A DNA stretch of 64,000 nt from Candidatus Obscuribacterales bacterium (GTDB lineage Bacteria > Cyanobacteriota > Vampirovibrionia > Obscuribacterales > Obscuribacteraceae): contig CBDDIJ010000004.1 of the NCBI GenBank assembly GCA_965228855.1, forward strand, positions 118,138 to 182,137, read 5' to 3'. Each line of letters opens with the position of its first letter. Position 1 is the stretch's first letter. This document shows, in pieces, positions 39,476 through 51,591 of the stretch. The position numbers and the translations under genes are program-made. The notes beneath the pieces were generated by a model that was given only the letters and a program-made list of their open reading frames with translations, was not told where the DNA came from and did no database searches.

Positions 39476-41043
39476 GCGCGCTTGCGATCCGGCATCGCGT
39501 TGCTGGCGTCGAGCATCACCGTCAGTGCGCGGCGGTCGATCTTGCCGTTGGCGTTCCTCGGCAGGTCTGGAACGAATTCGATTCTGCCGGGGACCATGTA
39601 GCGCGGCAGCGTGCGCGCCATCTCGGCCTGGACGGTTTCGGCCGAACCGGCATCGCTCGTGCAGAAGCCGACGAGGCCCTGCGCGCTGCCGTCGACCGTC
39701 GGCCAAGCAACGACGCAGGCGAGGTCCGTTCCGACCGCGCGCCGCAGATGCGCTTCCACCTCTTCCAGTTCGATGCGGTTGCCCTTGACCTTCACCTGGT
39801 TGTCGATGCGTCCCATGTGATGGTAGGCGCCGGCGGCGTCCCGCATGCCGAGATCGCCGGTCAGGTACCAGCGTTCTCCGTCGAGGGTGCGAAACCGCCG
39901 CGCCGTTTCCTCGGGCGCGTCCAGGTAACCGTCCGACAGCTGTTCGCTGCGCAAGGCGATCTCGCCGATCTGGCCGGTTTGCACCGGCTGCAGCGTGCTG
40001 TCGAGCAGCGCCACGGCGAAGTTCGCGAAAGGCTCGCCGATGGCCAGGATTTTGCTTCGCGGCGTGACGACAGGAGGTTGCGTGAGGCGCTGGCGCATGC
40101 ACACCACGGTGCATTCGGTCGGTCCGTAGATGTTCTCGACCACCGAGCCCGGTGCGGCCTCGGCCCAGGCTTGCGCGAGCGGCAGCGGCAACGGCTCGCC
40201 GCAGAAGATCGACAGCCGCAGGCTGGGGAACACGCCGGGCCTGAGCGCGCCGGACGTGCGCATCATCGCTGCGACCGTCGGCACCGACATCCAGCAGGTG
40301 ATGTCACGGGACCGGATGAAGCGCTGCGGCGCCATCAGGTCGAGGGGCGTCATGACGTGCAGGCTGCTCCCCGCCGCCCAGGCAAGGAACATGTTGTGCA
40401 CCGACAGGTCGAAGGTGATGTCATGCGCTTCCGCCACCCGGTCTTCCGCCGTCAGGTCCGCCCAGCCGGCCGTCTGGGCGAGATAGCGGCGCAGCGAACC
40501 GCTGGAGACCATGACACCTTTCGGCACTCCGGTGGTCCCGGATGTGAACAGCACATAGGCTGTATCTTCGGCTGCGACGACGGCGGGTTCAGGCATTCCG
40601 GCTTCCGGCAGTCGCGAAAGCGTCGTCGATGCGACGGGAACTTCGGCGTCGTCGTCGCGTACGATCAGCGGTGGCGCCGCAGCCAGGACCGCGCCCGTCA
40701 GGACCGCGGCGCCGTTGCGGTCGACGACGAGCGCGTCGAGGTTCATGCTGCCGAGCAGCGCAACCAGGCGCTCAGCCGGCCATTTCACGTTGACGGGGAC
40801 GTAGGTTGCACCCGCCCACGCTGCTCCGGCGAGGCCGACATAGGCTGCGAGCGAGCGGCTCGCGAGAATACCGACGCGTCGTGAGCGCAGATGCGGCGCC
40901 AGATGCGCCGCCAGCCGCGACGCCATGCCAGCGAAGGTCTCGTAGCTGGTGGTTTCGCCACCGCAGTCGAGCGCCGTGCGGGTGGGGAAACGCGTTGCAG
41001 TGCGACGCAGCGGTTCCACGATGTTGAAATTCGGGGAGGCCAT
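39472..41043 (-). CDS. Stand-alone amino-acid adenylation enzyme (DltA-like)
   Basis: FTSGTTGVPKG, FDLSV, FCGEPL, YGPTE, GRIDNQVK, NGKIDR. Confidence 0.88.
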   Translation of the reverse strand: MASPNFNIVEPLRRTATRFPTRTALDCGGETTSYETFAGMASRLAAHLAPHLRSRRVGILASRSLAAYVGLAGAAWAGATYVPVNVKWPAERLVALLGSMNLDALVVDRNGAAVLTGAVLAAAPPLIVRDDDAEVPVASTTLSRLPEAGMPEPAVVAAEDTAYVLFTSGTTGVPKGVMVSSGSLRRYLAQTAGWADLTAEDRVAEAHDITFDLSVHNMFLAWAAGSSLHVMTPLDLMAPQRFIRSRDITCWMSVPTVAAMMRTSGALRPGVFPSLRLSIFCGEPLPLPLAQAWAEAAPGSVVENIYGPTECTVVCMRQRLTQPPVVTPRSKILAIGEPFANFAVALLDSTLQPVQTGQIGEIALRSEQLSDGYLDAPEETARRFRTLDGERWYLTGDLGMRDAAGAYHHMGRIDNQVKVKGNRIELEEVEAHLRRAVGTDLACVVAWPTVDGSAQGLVGFCTSDAGSAETVQAEMARTLPRYMVPGRIEFVPDLPRNANGKIDRRALTVMLDASNAMPDRKRA

Positions 41044-41127
41044 GGGCCGTTGCTCCTCATGATGTCCAGACGAACGCTTCTCATGCCGATGGCATGGAAG
41101 CGCGGTGTAGCCGGGTTGGCGTCGGGA

Positions 41128-41487
41128 CTAGAGAAGTCTGGGAGGTCGGTCGAACCGGCAGGAGCTTCCGGAAAGGTGGTCTGTCTCGGCGATCAGGCCG
41201 AGGCACTCGGAAGGCGATGGCAGGGTGGCGGCGAACGAGGCGATGCCGTCGGACCCGTCGGGAGCTTTTTCGCAGGTCTCGGGCGCGGCTTCCTGCTCGT
41301 CGCCGTCGGTGAGCCAGTCGCCGGCGCGTTCGGCGCATGCGACCGAGACCAATTCGGCCTGCGTCTCGGCCAGGACGGCGTCACCGGCCTCCAGCCCGAA
41401 TTCGGCGATGGGAAGCAGAAGCAAGGCTAGCGCCACCGCCGAAGCGACGACGTACTTCCACAGCCTGTCTGTTCTTTTGCCCTTCAT
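41128..41487 (-). CDS. Small membrane/secreted leader ORF ending FDRPPRLL
   Basis: 119 aa; basic N-terminus, hydrophobic segment, acidic linker, four Cys, terminal RPPR. Confidence 0.6.
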   Translation of the reverse strand: MKGKRTDRLWKYVVASAVALALLLLPIAEFGLEAGDAVLAETQAELVSVACAERAGDWLTDGDEQEAAPETCEKAPDGSDGIASFAATLPSPSECLGLIAETDHLSGSSCRFDRPPRLL

Positions 41488-41563
41488 GCCAAGGTTTTCT
41501 TGCCAGACAGGGCTTTTGATTGCGTTAACGCAGGGCGGTGGCGTGGCGGAGACAGAAATGACA

Positions 41564-41587
41564 ATGCGCCCCGGTGAGGAGGCGCAT
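41564..41587 (-). terminator. Probable secA terminator hairpin
   Basis: ATGCGCC...GGCGCAT stem followed by a T-rich tract on the minus strand. Confidence 0.55.
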
Positions 41588-41611
41588 CGATCTTTCATCG
41601 GCTGATGCCTG

Positions 41612-44350
<2,739 letters not shown>

Positions 44351-44482
44351 CAAATGGTCCTTTCATCCGAAAAACCCGCCCTGGCGGACCGGGGAACCGG
44401 CGCCGCGCCCGGGGAGGGCGATTTCATACCGATTCATACAGAAAAGCGTCCAGAAAACGGTTCTGGACGCAAAGTCGAAGGA

Positions 44483-44511
44483 CAGATAAGAGGGGCCACC
44501 ACCGATGTCAA
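44483..44511 (-). promoter_or_regulatory. sigma70-type secA promoter
   Basis: TTGACA-17 bp-TATCTG on the minus strand. Confidence 0.7.
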
Positions 44512-44598
44512 CGCCGCCGCAAGGCTGCGCACGGCCCTGATTTTCGCCCCAAAAGCCGGCTTTCTGGCCGTTCCTCATCCCGACCGGAGTCTCTCCTT

Positions 44599-45462
44599 AT
44601 GTCCGTACCGTTCCGCTTTTCATTGTTCGCATGGCTGGTCGCAGCCATCGGGCTTGCCACGTTTGCCGGTCTCCCCGCTTCGGCGCAGGAGGACAAGGTC
44701 GTCGCCACCGTCAACGGCGTGCCGATCACCGAAGCCGAAATGAAGCTGGTCGAGGAAGATCTGGCCCAGCAGTTCGCCCGTCTTCCGGAAGATCAGCGCC
44801 GCGCCGCGGTGCTTTCGGCGATCATGGAGTTCCGGCTGCTCGCCGGCGAGGCGGCCGCCAAGGGCGTCGACAAGGACCCTGCCTTCATGCAGCGCATGGA
44901 GTTGCTGCGGCAGCGCGCGCTGCATGCAGCCGTGGTCGAGAGCGAAGTCGCCCAGAAGATCACCGACGAGGAAATCCGCGCCCGCTACGACGCCCAGATC
45001 GCGGCAACACCGCCGGTCAACGAGGTCAAGGCGCGTCATATCCTCGTGAAGACGCAGGAAGAAGCACTGGCGATCGTCAAGCGGCTCGAAGCCGGCGAGA
45101 AGTTCGAGGACATCGCCAAGGCGGTGTCGACCGATCCCGGCTCCGGCGCCAATGGCGGCGATCTCGGCTGGTTCGGACCGGGCCAGATGGTGCCGGAGTT
45201 CGAGAAGGCAGCGTTCGGGCTCGAAGTCGGGGCTTACACGAAAGAGCCGGTGCAGAGCCAGTTCGGCTTCCACATCATCCTGGTCGAGGACAAGCGGACG
45301 CAGCAGCCGCCGGCCTTCGAAGAGGTCAAGGACCAGTTCCGCTCGATGGTCCTGCGCGAGAAATATTTCGCGCTGGTCAAGACGCTGCGCGGCGCCGCCA
45401 CGATCGACATTCCCGATGCGGCGCTCAAAAAGGCCGTCGAGGACATCGAGAAGGTCCAGTAA
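44599..45462 (+). CDS. Parvulin (PpiC-type) peptidyl-prolyl isomerase
   Basis: Signal peptide, ARHILV, GGDLGW, FGFHII. Confidence 0.95.
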   Translation: MSVPFRFSLFAWLVAAIGLATFAGLPASAQEDKVVATVNGVPITEAEMKLVEEDLAQQFARLPEDQRRAAVLSAIMEFRLLAGEAAAKGVDKDPAFMQRMELLRQRALHAAVVESEVAQKITDEEIRARYDAQIAATPPVNEVKARHILVKTQEEALAIVKRLEAGEKFEDIAKAVSTDPGSGANGGDLGWFGPGQMVPEFEKAAFGLEVGAYTKEPVQSQFGFHIILVEDKRTQQPPAFEEVKDQFRSMVLREKYFALVKTLRGAATIDIPDAALKKAVEDIEKVQ

Positions 45463-45485
45463 CCTAACGTTGCTTGCGAGACATC

Positions 45486-45512
45486 AACGGGCGGCTTCGG
45501 CTGCCCGTTTTG
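45486..45512 (+). terminator. Intrinsic terminator
   Basis: AACGGGCGGC-TTCG-GCTGCCCGTT followed by T residues. Confidence 0.85.
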
Positions 45513-45626
45513 TGTCCGCAAGGACGGTGATCCCGCCATCGATGGCGGGATCGTGATCCGGCGACTGATGCCCGGCGCGCGGAACTCATTGCGCGGCTTC
45601 CCAACCGCCGTGGGAACCGGCTCGGA

Positions 45627-45995
45627 TTACGCCAGCATGGCGCGGACGGCGTCGACGACGCCTGTCGGCATGTACGGCTTGGACATGAACCGGCCGCCCG
45701 AAGGCAGGTCGTCGTCGCTCGGCTTCTGCTTGCCGGAGGTCACGATGATCTTGATCGGTGGCCAGCGGTCGCGCGTCACTGCCGAGAGCCGCAGGCCGTC
45801 CATCGAGCCGGGCATGTCGATGTCGGTGAACATCAAGGCGATGTCGCTGTGTCGCTGGAGGAGCTTGATCGCCTCGTCGGCATTCTGTGCCTCAAGCACC
45901 TCGAAACCGGCGTCGCGCAGATCATCGGCGATCGTGAACAGAAGCAGGGCTTCGTCTTCGACAACCAGCACTTTTCCATGGACGGGATGGGTCAA
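45627..45995 (-). CDS. Single-domain response regulator
   Basis: VLVVEDE, FTDIDMPG, VTSG, SKP. Confidence 0.92.
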   Translation of the reverse strand: MTHPVHGKVLVVEDEALLLFTIADDLRDAGFEVLEAQNADEAIKLLQRHSDIALMFTDIDMPGSMDGLRLSAVTRDRWPPIKIIVTSGKQKPSDDDLPSGGRFMSKPYMPTGVVDAVRAMLA

Positions 45996-46004
45996 CGATC
46001 TTCC

Positions 46005-48245
46005 TCAGTCTGGTCTTTTGGCAGTCGGCCACGGCGCCGTCAGCACACACTCAACGCCTTCCGGCCTGTATTCGATCGTCACGGTGCCGCCGAAATCGGC
46101 GGCCAGCACCCGTTCGATCAGGAATCGTCCGAAACCGCGGCGTTGCGGCTGCTCGACCGGCGGGCCGCCCGACTCCCGCCAGGTCCACACCAGCGATGAC
46201 ATGCCGTCGTCCCCGGGAGCCCGGCTCCAGGCGATCTCCACCTTGCCCTCGGGTACCGACAATGCACCATATTTGATCGAGTTGGTGCTCAATTCGTTAA
46301 CCGCGAGCGCCAGCGACAGGGCCCGCTTCGGGCCGAGCTGCACCGGAGGCCCGTCGGCGGCGATGCGATCGCCCGGGAACGGTGCGATCGCGGAGGCGAG
46401 CACCGACGACAAGGATGCCGAAGTCCATTGCGTCTTCGTCAGAATGTCGTGGGCGTCGGCGAGCGCACGCAGCCGCTCCGTCAGGGCGGTTCGGGCGCTC
46501 TCCATGTCGCCGCCACGCAAGGTCTGGGATGCAATGGCCGAAACCGTCGCCAGGATGTTCTTGATCCGGTGCTCCAATTCGTGGGTCAGCAGGATCTGGC
46601 GCGCCTGGGCTTCCTTCTGTTCGGTGATGTCGCGGATCGCGCCGAACATTTTCACCGGCTTGCCCGCGTCGTACTGGAATTCCATGTTTCGCGACAACCA
46701 GCGGATTTCGCCATTGTCAGGCCGGCGGATGCGGTATTCGACATTCGAGAGGGCGGTTCCGGCCTGCCGTGTCGCCGGCGATGAACGGATTTCGGCATCT
46801 TCGTTCAGCACGATCGCCTCGAGCAGGCTGGTGGGCGCGCTTTCGCGCTGCTCCAGGCCGAAAAGATCCCAGAATTTTGACGTGCCGACGACTTGTCCGG
46901 AAGCGATGTCGACTTCCATAGATGCGATGCCGGCGGCCTCCTGCGACAGCCGCAGCCTTCGTTCGCTGTCGAGAAACTGCTGCTGGATGTTCTTCTGGTC
47001 GTCGATGTCGGTGTTGGTGCCGATCCAGCGGAAAGGATTTCCGTCCTCGTCGCGGATGAGAATCGCCCGTGCGACATGCCACCGGTAAACACCGTCGGTC
47101 CGACGCAGCCGGAAATCCATCTCGTAGGGTTCGCCGCTGGCAACCGATTTCGCCCACTTTTCGGCGGCGTCGGGCAGATCTTCGGGGTGAACGATCGTCG
47201 CCCAGTCGATCCCGTCGAGTTCGCCCGTGGATGCTCCGCTATACTCGTAGACGCGCGTGTTGAACCAGTCGAGCATGCCGCTTGGCGGTGCCGTCCAGAC
47301 ATGGTTGGCCATCGCTTCGGCAAAGGTGCGGAATTGCGCCTCGCTCTCGCGCAGCGCGCTTTCGATGCGTTTATGTTCGGTGACGTCGTGGCCCTGGACG
47401 AAGATGCCGGTGGTCACTCCCTTGTCATCGGCGATCGGCTGATAGATGAAATCCAGGTAGCGCTCCTCGCCCCCGGCCTCGGGGCCGCGAATGAGCTCGA
47501 CCTTGGAGCCGAGGCCGATGAACGGCTTGCCGCTCTCGAAGACCTCGTCCAGCAAGGTGGTGAAACCCTGGTCGACGACTTCCGGCAGCGCCTCGCGGAC
47601 GGGTTTGCCGAGCACGTCGCGGTGTCCGACCAGCGTCCGGTAGGCCTCGTTGACCATGGTGAAGATGTGCTGTCGTCCGCTCATCATCGCCATGAAGCCA
47701 GGCGCCTGCTCGAACATGCGCCGCATCGCCTCGCGCTCGGCGTCGCGTTCCCGCTCTGCCCGTACCTTGGCCGTGGTTTCGATGACGATCGCCATCACGG
47801 CGGCGGGCTTGCCGTCCTCGTCGAGCAGCGGCGAATAGTCGAGGTCCAGCCAGACCTCCTCCGGCACGCCGTTTCGAGACAGCGTCAGCATCTGCTCGCG
47901 ATAGGCGATCGTGCCGCCGGCGCCGTGGACGACCTTCATGATGTTGTCGTTGAAGTCGGCGACTTCGGGCCAGCCTTCACGCACCTTCGAGCCGAACAGG
48001 GCAGGGTGGCGCCCGCCGGCGAACTCGGCGTAACCGTCATTGTAGATCATGATCCCGTCGTCGCCCCACAGGGTGACGATCGGAACGGTTGAGCGCAGGA
48101 TAAAGGAAATCGCGCTTTTACGACTGCCCGGCCAGCCGGAAATCGGACCGAGCGACGTCGCCGCCCAGTCGAAACCGGCGATGATCTTCGCTGCTTCACC
48201 GCCTCCCGTGAGAAACGGATGAAGATGGTCTGATTTCCTACGCAA
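46005..48245 (-). CDS. Multi-PAS HWE-family histidine kinase
   Basis: Several PAS/PAC repeats, HELEHRIKN, NELSTNSIKYGAL, WRESGGP; start approximate. Confidence 0.9.
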   Translation of the reverse strand: MRRKSDHLHPFLTGGGEAAKIIAGFDWAATSLGPISGWPGSRKSAISFILRSTVPIVTLWGDDGIMIYNDGYAEFAGGRHPALFGSKVREGWPEVADFNDNIMKVVHGAGGTIAYREQMLTLSRNGVPEEVWLDLDYSPLLDEDGKPAAVMAIVIETTAKVRAERERDAEREAMRRMFEQAPGFMAMMSGRQHIFTMVNEAYRTLVGHRDVLGKPVREALPEVVDQGFTTLLDEVFESGKPFIGLGSKVELIRGPEAGGEERYLDFIYQPIADDKGVTTGIFVQGHDVTEHKRIESALRESEAQFRTFAEAMANHVWTAPPSGMLDWFNTRVYEYSGASTGELDGIDWATIVHPEDLPDAAEKWAKSVASGEPYEMDFRLRRTDGVYRWHVARAILIRDEDGNPFRWIGTNTDIDDQKNIQQQFLDSERRLRLSQEAAGIASMEVDIASGQVVGTSKFWDLFGLEQRESAPTSLLEAIVLNEDAEIRSSPATRQAGTALSNVEYRIRRPDNGEIRWLSRNMEFQYDAGKPVKMFGAIRDITEQKEAQARQILLTHELEHRIKNILATVSAIASQTLRGGDMESARTALTERLRALADAHDILTKTQWTSASLSSVLASAIAPFPGDRIAADGPPVQLGPKRALSLALAVNELSTNSIKYGALSVPEGKVEIAWSRAPGDDGMSSLVWTWRESGGPPVEQPQRRGFGRFLIERVLAADFGGTVTIEYRPEGVECVLTAPWPTAKRPD

Positions 48246-48458
48246 ACGACAACCCCCGCAAGCCTTTCGGTTTGCCCCTAGGATGCCAGAACTTCTTGGA
48301 GGCGATTGGGTTCCATCGCGTTCCGGTTTATTTTTCGACCTGGTCGTCGCCGGGGCAACTGCCCGCCCCACTCATGCGCACCCAGTCTTGCGCACCTGAT
48401 CTCTTGCGAACCCGTCGCCGATCGGGCAAACGAAATCGATCGTTACGCAGAGGTTCGG

Positions 48459-49700
48459 ATGTCTTCGACCGTTTCCCCGCTTGCCCCGAAAAAGCAGCCG
48501 AAGATGCCGCCGATCGACGGCGTGCGCATCGCCACGGCCGAAGCCGGCATCAAGTACAAGAACCGTACCGACCTCGTGATGATGCTTTTCGACAAGGGAA
48601 CCCAGGTCGCCGGGGTGTTCACCCGGTCGAAATGCCCGTCGGCGCCGGTCGATTTCTGCCGCGAGAACCTCGCTGGCGGCGCGGCCCGGGCGCTGGTGGT
48701 CAATTCAGGCAACGCCAACGCCTTCACGGGCAAACGCGGGCGCGAATCCACGCGGTTGACGGCCGAGGCGGCCGCGAAAGCCGCCGGCTGCGCGCCCGGC
48801 GAAGTCTTCCTCGCTTCGACCGGCGTGATCGGCGAGCCGCTCGACACCGGCAAGTTCGCACATCTGCTTGCTGGTCTGGCGCGTGACGGAGAGGCTGGCC
48901 GCTGGGCGGACGCCGGCAAGGCGATCATGACCACCGACACCTTCCCGAAATACGCCACCGCGACGGTGAAGCTCGGCGACACCGACGTCGCCATCAACGG
49001 CATCGCCAAGGGCGCCGGCATGATCGCGCCCGACATGGCGACGATGCTGTCCTTCGTTGCGACCGACGCGCCGATCGCCGCGCCAGTGCTGCAGGACCTG
49101 CTGTCCAAGGGCGTCGGCAAGACCTTCAACGCGGTGACGGTCGACAGCGACACCTCGACCAGCGACACGCTGCTGTTGTTCGCCACCGGAGCCGCGGCAA
49201 AGCGCGGCGCCCCCCAGATCACCGATGCCCGGGACCCGCTGCTGATGCCGTTCCGCCGGGCGGTGAACAAGATCCTGAAGAACCTGGCGCTGCAGGTCGT
49301 CCGCGACGGCGAGGGCGCGCGCAAGCAGGTCGAGGTGACCGTGACCGGCGCGAAGTCGGCGCGCTCGGCCAAACGCATCGCGCTGTCGATCGCGAACTCA
49401 CCGCTGGTGAAGACCGCCGTCGCCGGCGAGGACGCCAACTGGGGCCGGGTGGTCATGGCGGTTGGAAAGTCGGGCGAGCCTGCCGACCGCGACCGGCTGG
49501 CGATCTGGTTCGGCGACAACCGCGTCGCCTTCGAGGGCGAGCGCGATCCCGGCTATTCGGAAACGGCGACCTCCGACTACATGAAGCGCGACGAGATCGT
49601 CATCCGCGCCGACATCGGCATCGGCCGGGGCAAGGCCACGGTCTGGACCTGCGACCTGACCAAGGCCTATGTCGAGATCAACGGCGATTACCGGAGCTGA
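48459..49700 (+). CDS. argJ: Bifunctional ornithine acetyltransferase ArgJ
   Basis: [33 protein letters not shown]. Confidence 0.97.
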   Translation: MSSTVSPLAPKKQPKMPPIDGVRIATAEAGIKYKNRTDLVMMLFDKGTQVAGVFTRSKCPSAPVDFCRENLAGGAARALVVNSGNANAFTGKRGRESTRLTAEAAAKAAGCAPGEVFLASTGVIGEPLDTGKFAHLLAGLARDGEAGRWADAGKAIMTTDTFPKYATATVKLGDTDVAINGIAKGAGMIAPDMATMLSFVATDAPIAAPVLQDLLSKGVGKTFNAVTVDSDTSTSDTLLLFATGAAAKRGAPQITDARDPLLMPFRRAVNKILKNLALQVVRDGEGARKQVEVTVTGAKSARSAKRIALSIANSPLVKTAVAGEDANWGRVVMAVGKSGEPADRDRLAIWFGDNRVAFEGERDPGYSETATSDYMKRDEIVIRADIGIGRGKATVWTCDLTKAYVEINGDYRS

Positions 49701-49704
49701 GGCG

Positions 49705-50487
49705 ATGCCGCAGGGCATCGGAGCGCGGCCCGATCTGGCCGACGTGCGCCGTTTCGAAGCGGCCGGCTTTCGCGCCTGGCCGGCAAGCGAAACGCGCTAT
49801 GACGGGACCTGGGCGATACGGCTGACCCCGGGACACAAGGCCAAGCGGCTGAACTCGGTCAATCCGCTCGATCCTGGCGACCTCGGCGATCTGGACGGGC
49901 GGGTGGCACGCGCTGCCGGTTTGTTCGCGGAACACGGGCGCGTCCTGACCTTTCGCATGTCGCCGCTTTCTGGCGCAAAGCTGTCGTCATATCTGGACGG
50001 GAAGCGCTGGACCTCGTTCGACCCGTCCGTGGTGATGGGAGTCGATCTCGCAGGAGTGGCGCTCGACGACGCCGTCGACCAGATTCCACTGAAGGACGTG
50101 CGCCGTTTCGTCGACATCGCCGGCAGCACTCACGGCGGCGATGACGTTGGCGGTCTGGCGGAGATCATCGCCGCGATCGTGCCGAAGGCCGGACTGTTCG
50201 TGCGCGAGCGGCAGGGCACCGTCCTGTCCACCCTGATCTGCGTCCACGATGGCCCGCTCGCCGGCCTGTTCGAAGTGGCGACCGCGGCGCGGGAGCGTGG
50301 ATCTGGCCATGCCCGCCAGGCGATCCTGTCTGCGCTCAAATGGGCACGCCTGCGCGGCGCGCGCACGGCCTGGCTGCAGGTCGGAGCCGACAATGCGCCG
50401 GCGCTGCATCTCTATCGCTCGCTGGGTTTTTCAGAGCTCTACAGCTACCACTACCGCCGGCCGCCGGAAGAGCAAGTTCCCCGATGA
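49705..50487 (+). CDS. GNAT-family N-acetyltransferase
   Basis: KRLNSVNP, RGSGHA, NAPALHLYRSLGF. Confidence 0.88.
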   Translation: MPQGIGARPDLADVRRFEAAGFRAWPASETRYDGTWAIRLTPGHKAKRLNSVNPLDPGDLGDLDGRVARAAGLFAEHGRVLTFRMSPLSGAKLSSYLDGKRWTSFDPSVVMGVDLAGVALDDAVDQIPLKDVRRFVDIAGSTHGGDDVGGLAEIIAAIVPKAGLFVRERQGTVLSTLICVHDGPLAGLFEVATAARERGSGHARQAILSALKWARLRGARTAWLQVGADNAPALHLYRSLGFSELYSYHYRRPPEEQVPR

Positions 50488-50900
50488 ACGAGATCGTCGC
50501 AAAACCCATTCTGCTGGTCGTGGCCTGCGCGCTGGTCGATGCCGACGGTCGGGTGCTGCTGGCCCAGCGCCCGCAGGGCAAGACCTTCGCCGGGCTGTGG
50601 GAATTTCCCGGCGGAAAGGTCGAGCCCGGCGAGACGCCGGAGACCACGCTGGTGCGCGAACTGCACGAAGAAATCGGCATCGAGACCAAGGTCGCCTGCC
50701 TCGCGCCGCTCACCTTCGCCAGCCATGAATACGAGACCTTCCATCTGCTGATGCCGCTTTTCGTCTGCCGCCGCTTCTGGGGCACGCCGACGCCGAAGGA
50801 GGGGCAGACTTTGAAATGGGTGAGGCCGCGGCAGATGCGCGACTATCCGATGCCGCCCGCCGACGCGCCGCTGATCCCGTTCCTCATCGACCTGCTCTGA
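50484..50900 (+). CDS. mutT: 8-oxo-dGTP diphosphatase
   Basis: Nudix box GGKVEPGETPETTLVRELHEEIG; conserved argJ-GNAT-mutT synteny. Confidence 0.92.
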   Translation: MNEIVAKPILLVVACALVDADGRVLLAQRPQGKTFAGLWEFPGGKVEPGETPETTLVRELHEEIGIETKVACLAPLTFASHEYETFHLLMPLFVCRRFWGTPTPKEGQTLKWVRPRQMRDYPMPPADAPLIPFLIDLL

Positions 50901-51015
50901 TCCGGCGGCGGCCGCCGCCATCAGCGTTAATCGATCCTTTATCCGGTCATGAAAGATTGAACGAAATCGCGGGCCCGCTTCCCGCGACAGTCGTACACGC
51001 CCGGAGACCTGCCAC

Positions 51016-51342
51016 ATGCACCCTGAAAGCGAATGGAACCGCATCCAGGACGACCGCAATTCGTGGCTGGGCGTCGCCGGCATGGGCGCGGTCCGCGTGG
51101 CGCTGCTGTTCGGTTCGGCCGCGGTGGCGCTGGCGCTGATCATCGCTCCGTTCGCCGAAAGCCAGACGCGCTCCTACACAGCCCAGTTCGACAGCTATCC
51201 CGAAGGCCTGGACACGATGAGCACCGGGTCGGTCGCCTCGGGTCAGAGCGGACGTTACGTCGTGCGCAGGAGCGTGCTGCAGCCCTCGCCGGACTCGATC
51301 TGTGTCATCCGCTCCAACGGAGCCCGCAGCGGCGATTGCTGA
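51016..51342 (+). CDS. Conserved hypothetical membrane protein
   Basis: One TM, D-x-M-S-T-G-S motif, YVVRRSVLQ...C...C. Confidence 0.7.
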   Translation: MHPESEWNRIQDDRNSWLGVAGMGAVRVALLFGSAAVALALIIAPFAESQTRSYTAQFDSYPEGLDTMSTGSVASGQSGRYVVRRSVLQPSPDSICVIRSNGARSGDC

Positions 51343-51407
51343 GGCTCGCGCGCATTAACCTTTCTTAACCGGATCGGCGGTAGAAGAGAGTTCGGAGGGA
51401 ACATCGC

Positions 51408-51587
51408 ATGCGGTCTCTGCTCAGGCGCTTTGCAAGAAACAGGTCCGGCGCGACGGCCGTCGAATACGCTCTGATCGTCGGATTCCTGTCGCTTGCCATT
51501 GTCGGTGGCCTGAGGCCCGTCGCCGACCAGCTTGAGTACCTCTGGGGCAACAGCGCCAGCAAGCTCAACTCGGCGTGGAAGGACTGA
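51408..51587 (+). CDS. Flp-family type IVb pilin (59 aa, absent from the ORF track)
   Basis: MRSLLRRFARNRSG/ATAVEYALI..., with GGAGG RBS. Confidence 0.9.
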   Translation: MRSLLRRFARNRSGATAVEYALIVGFLSLAIVGGLRPVADQLEYLWGNSASKLNSAWKD

Positions 51588-51591
51588 CCGG

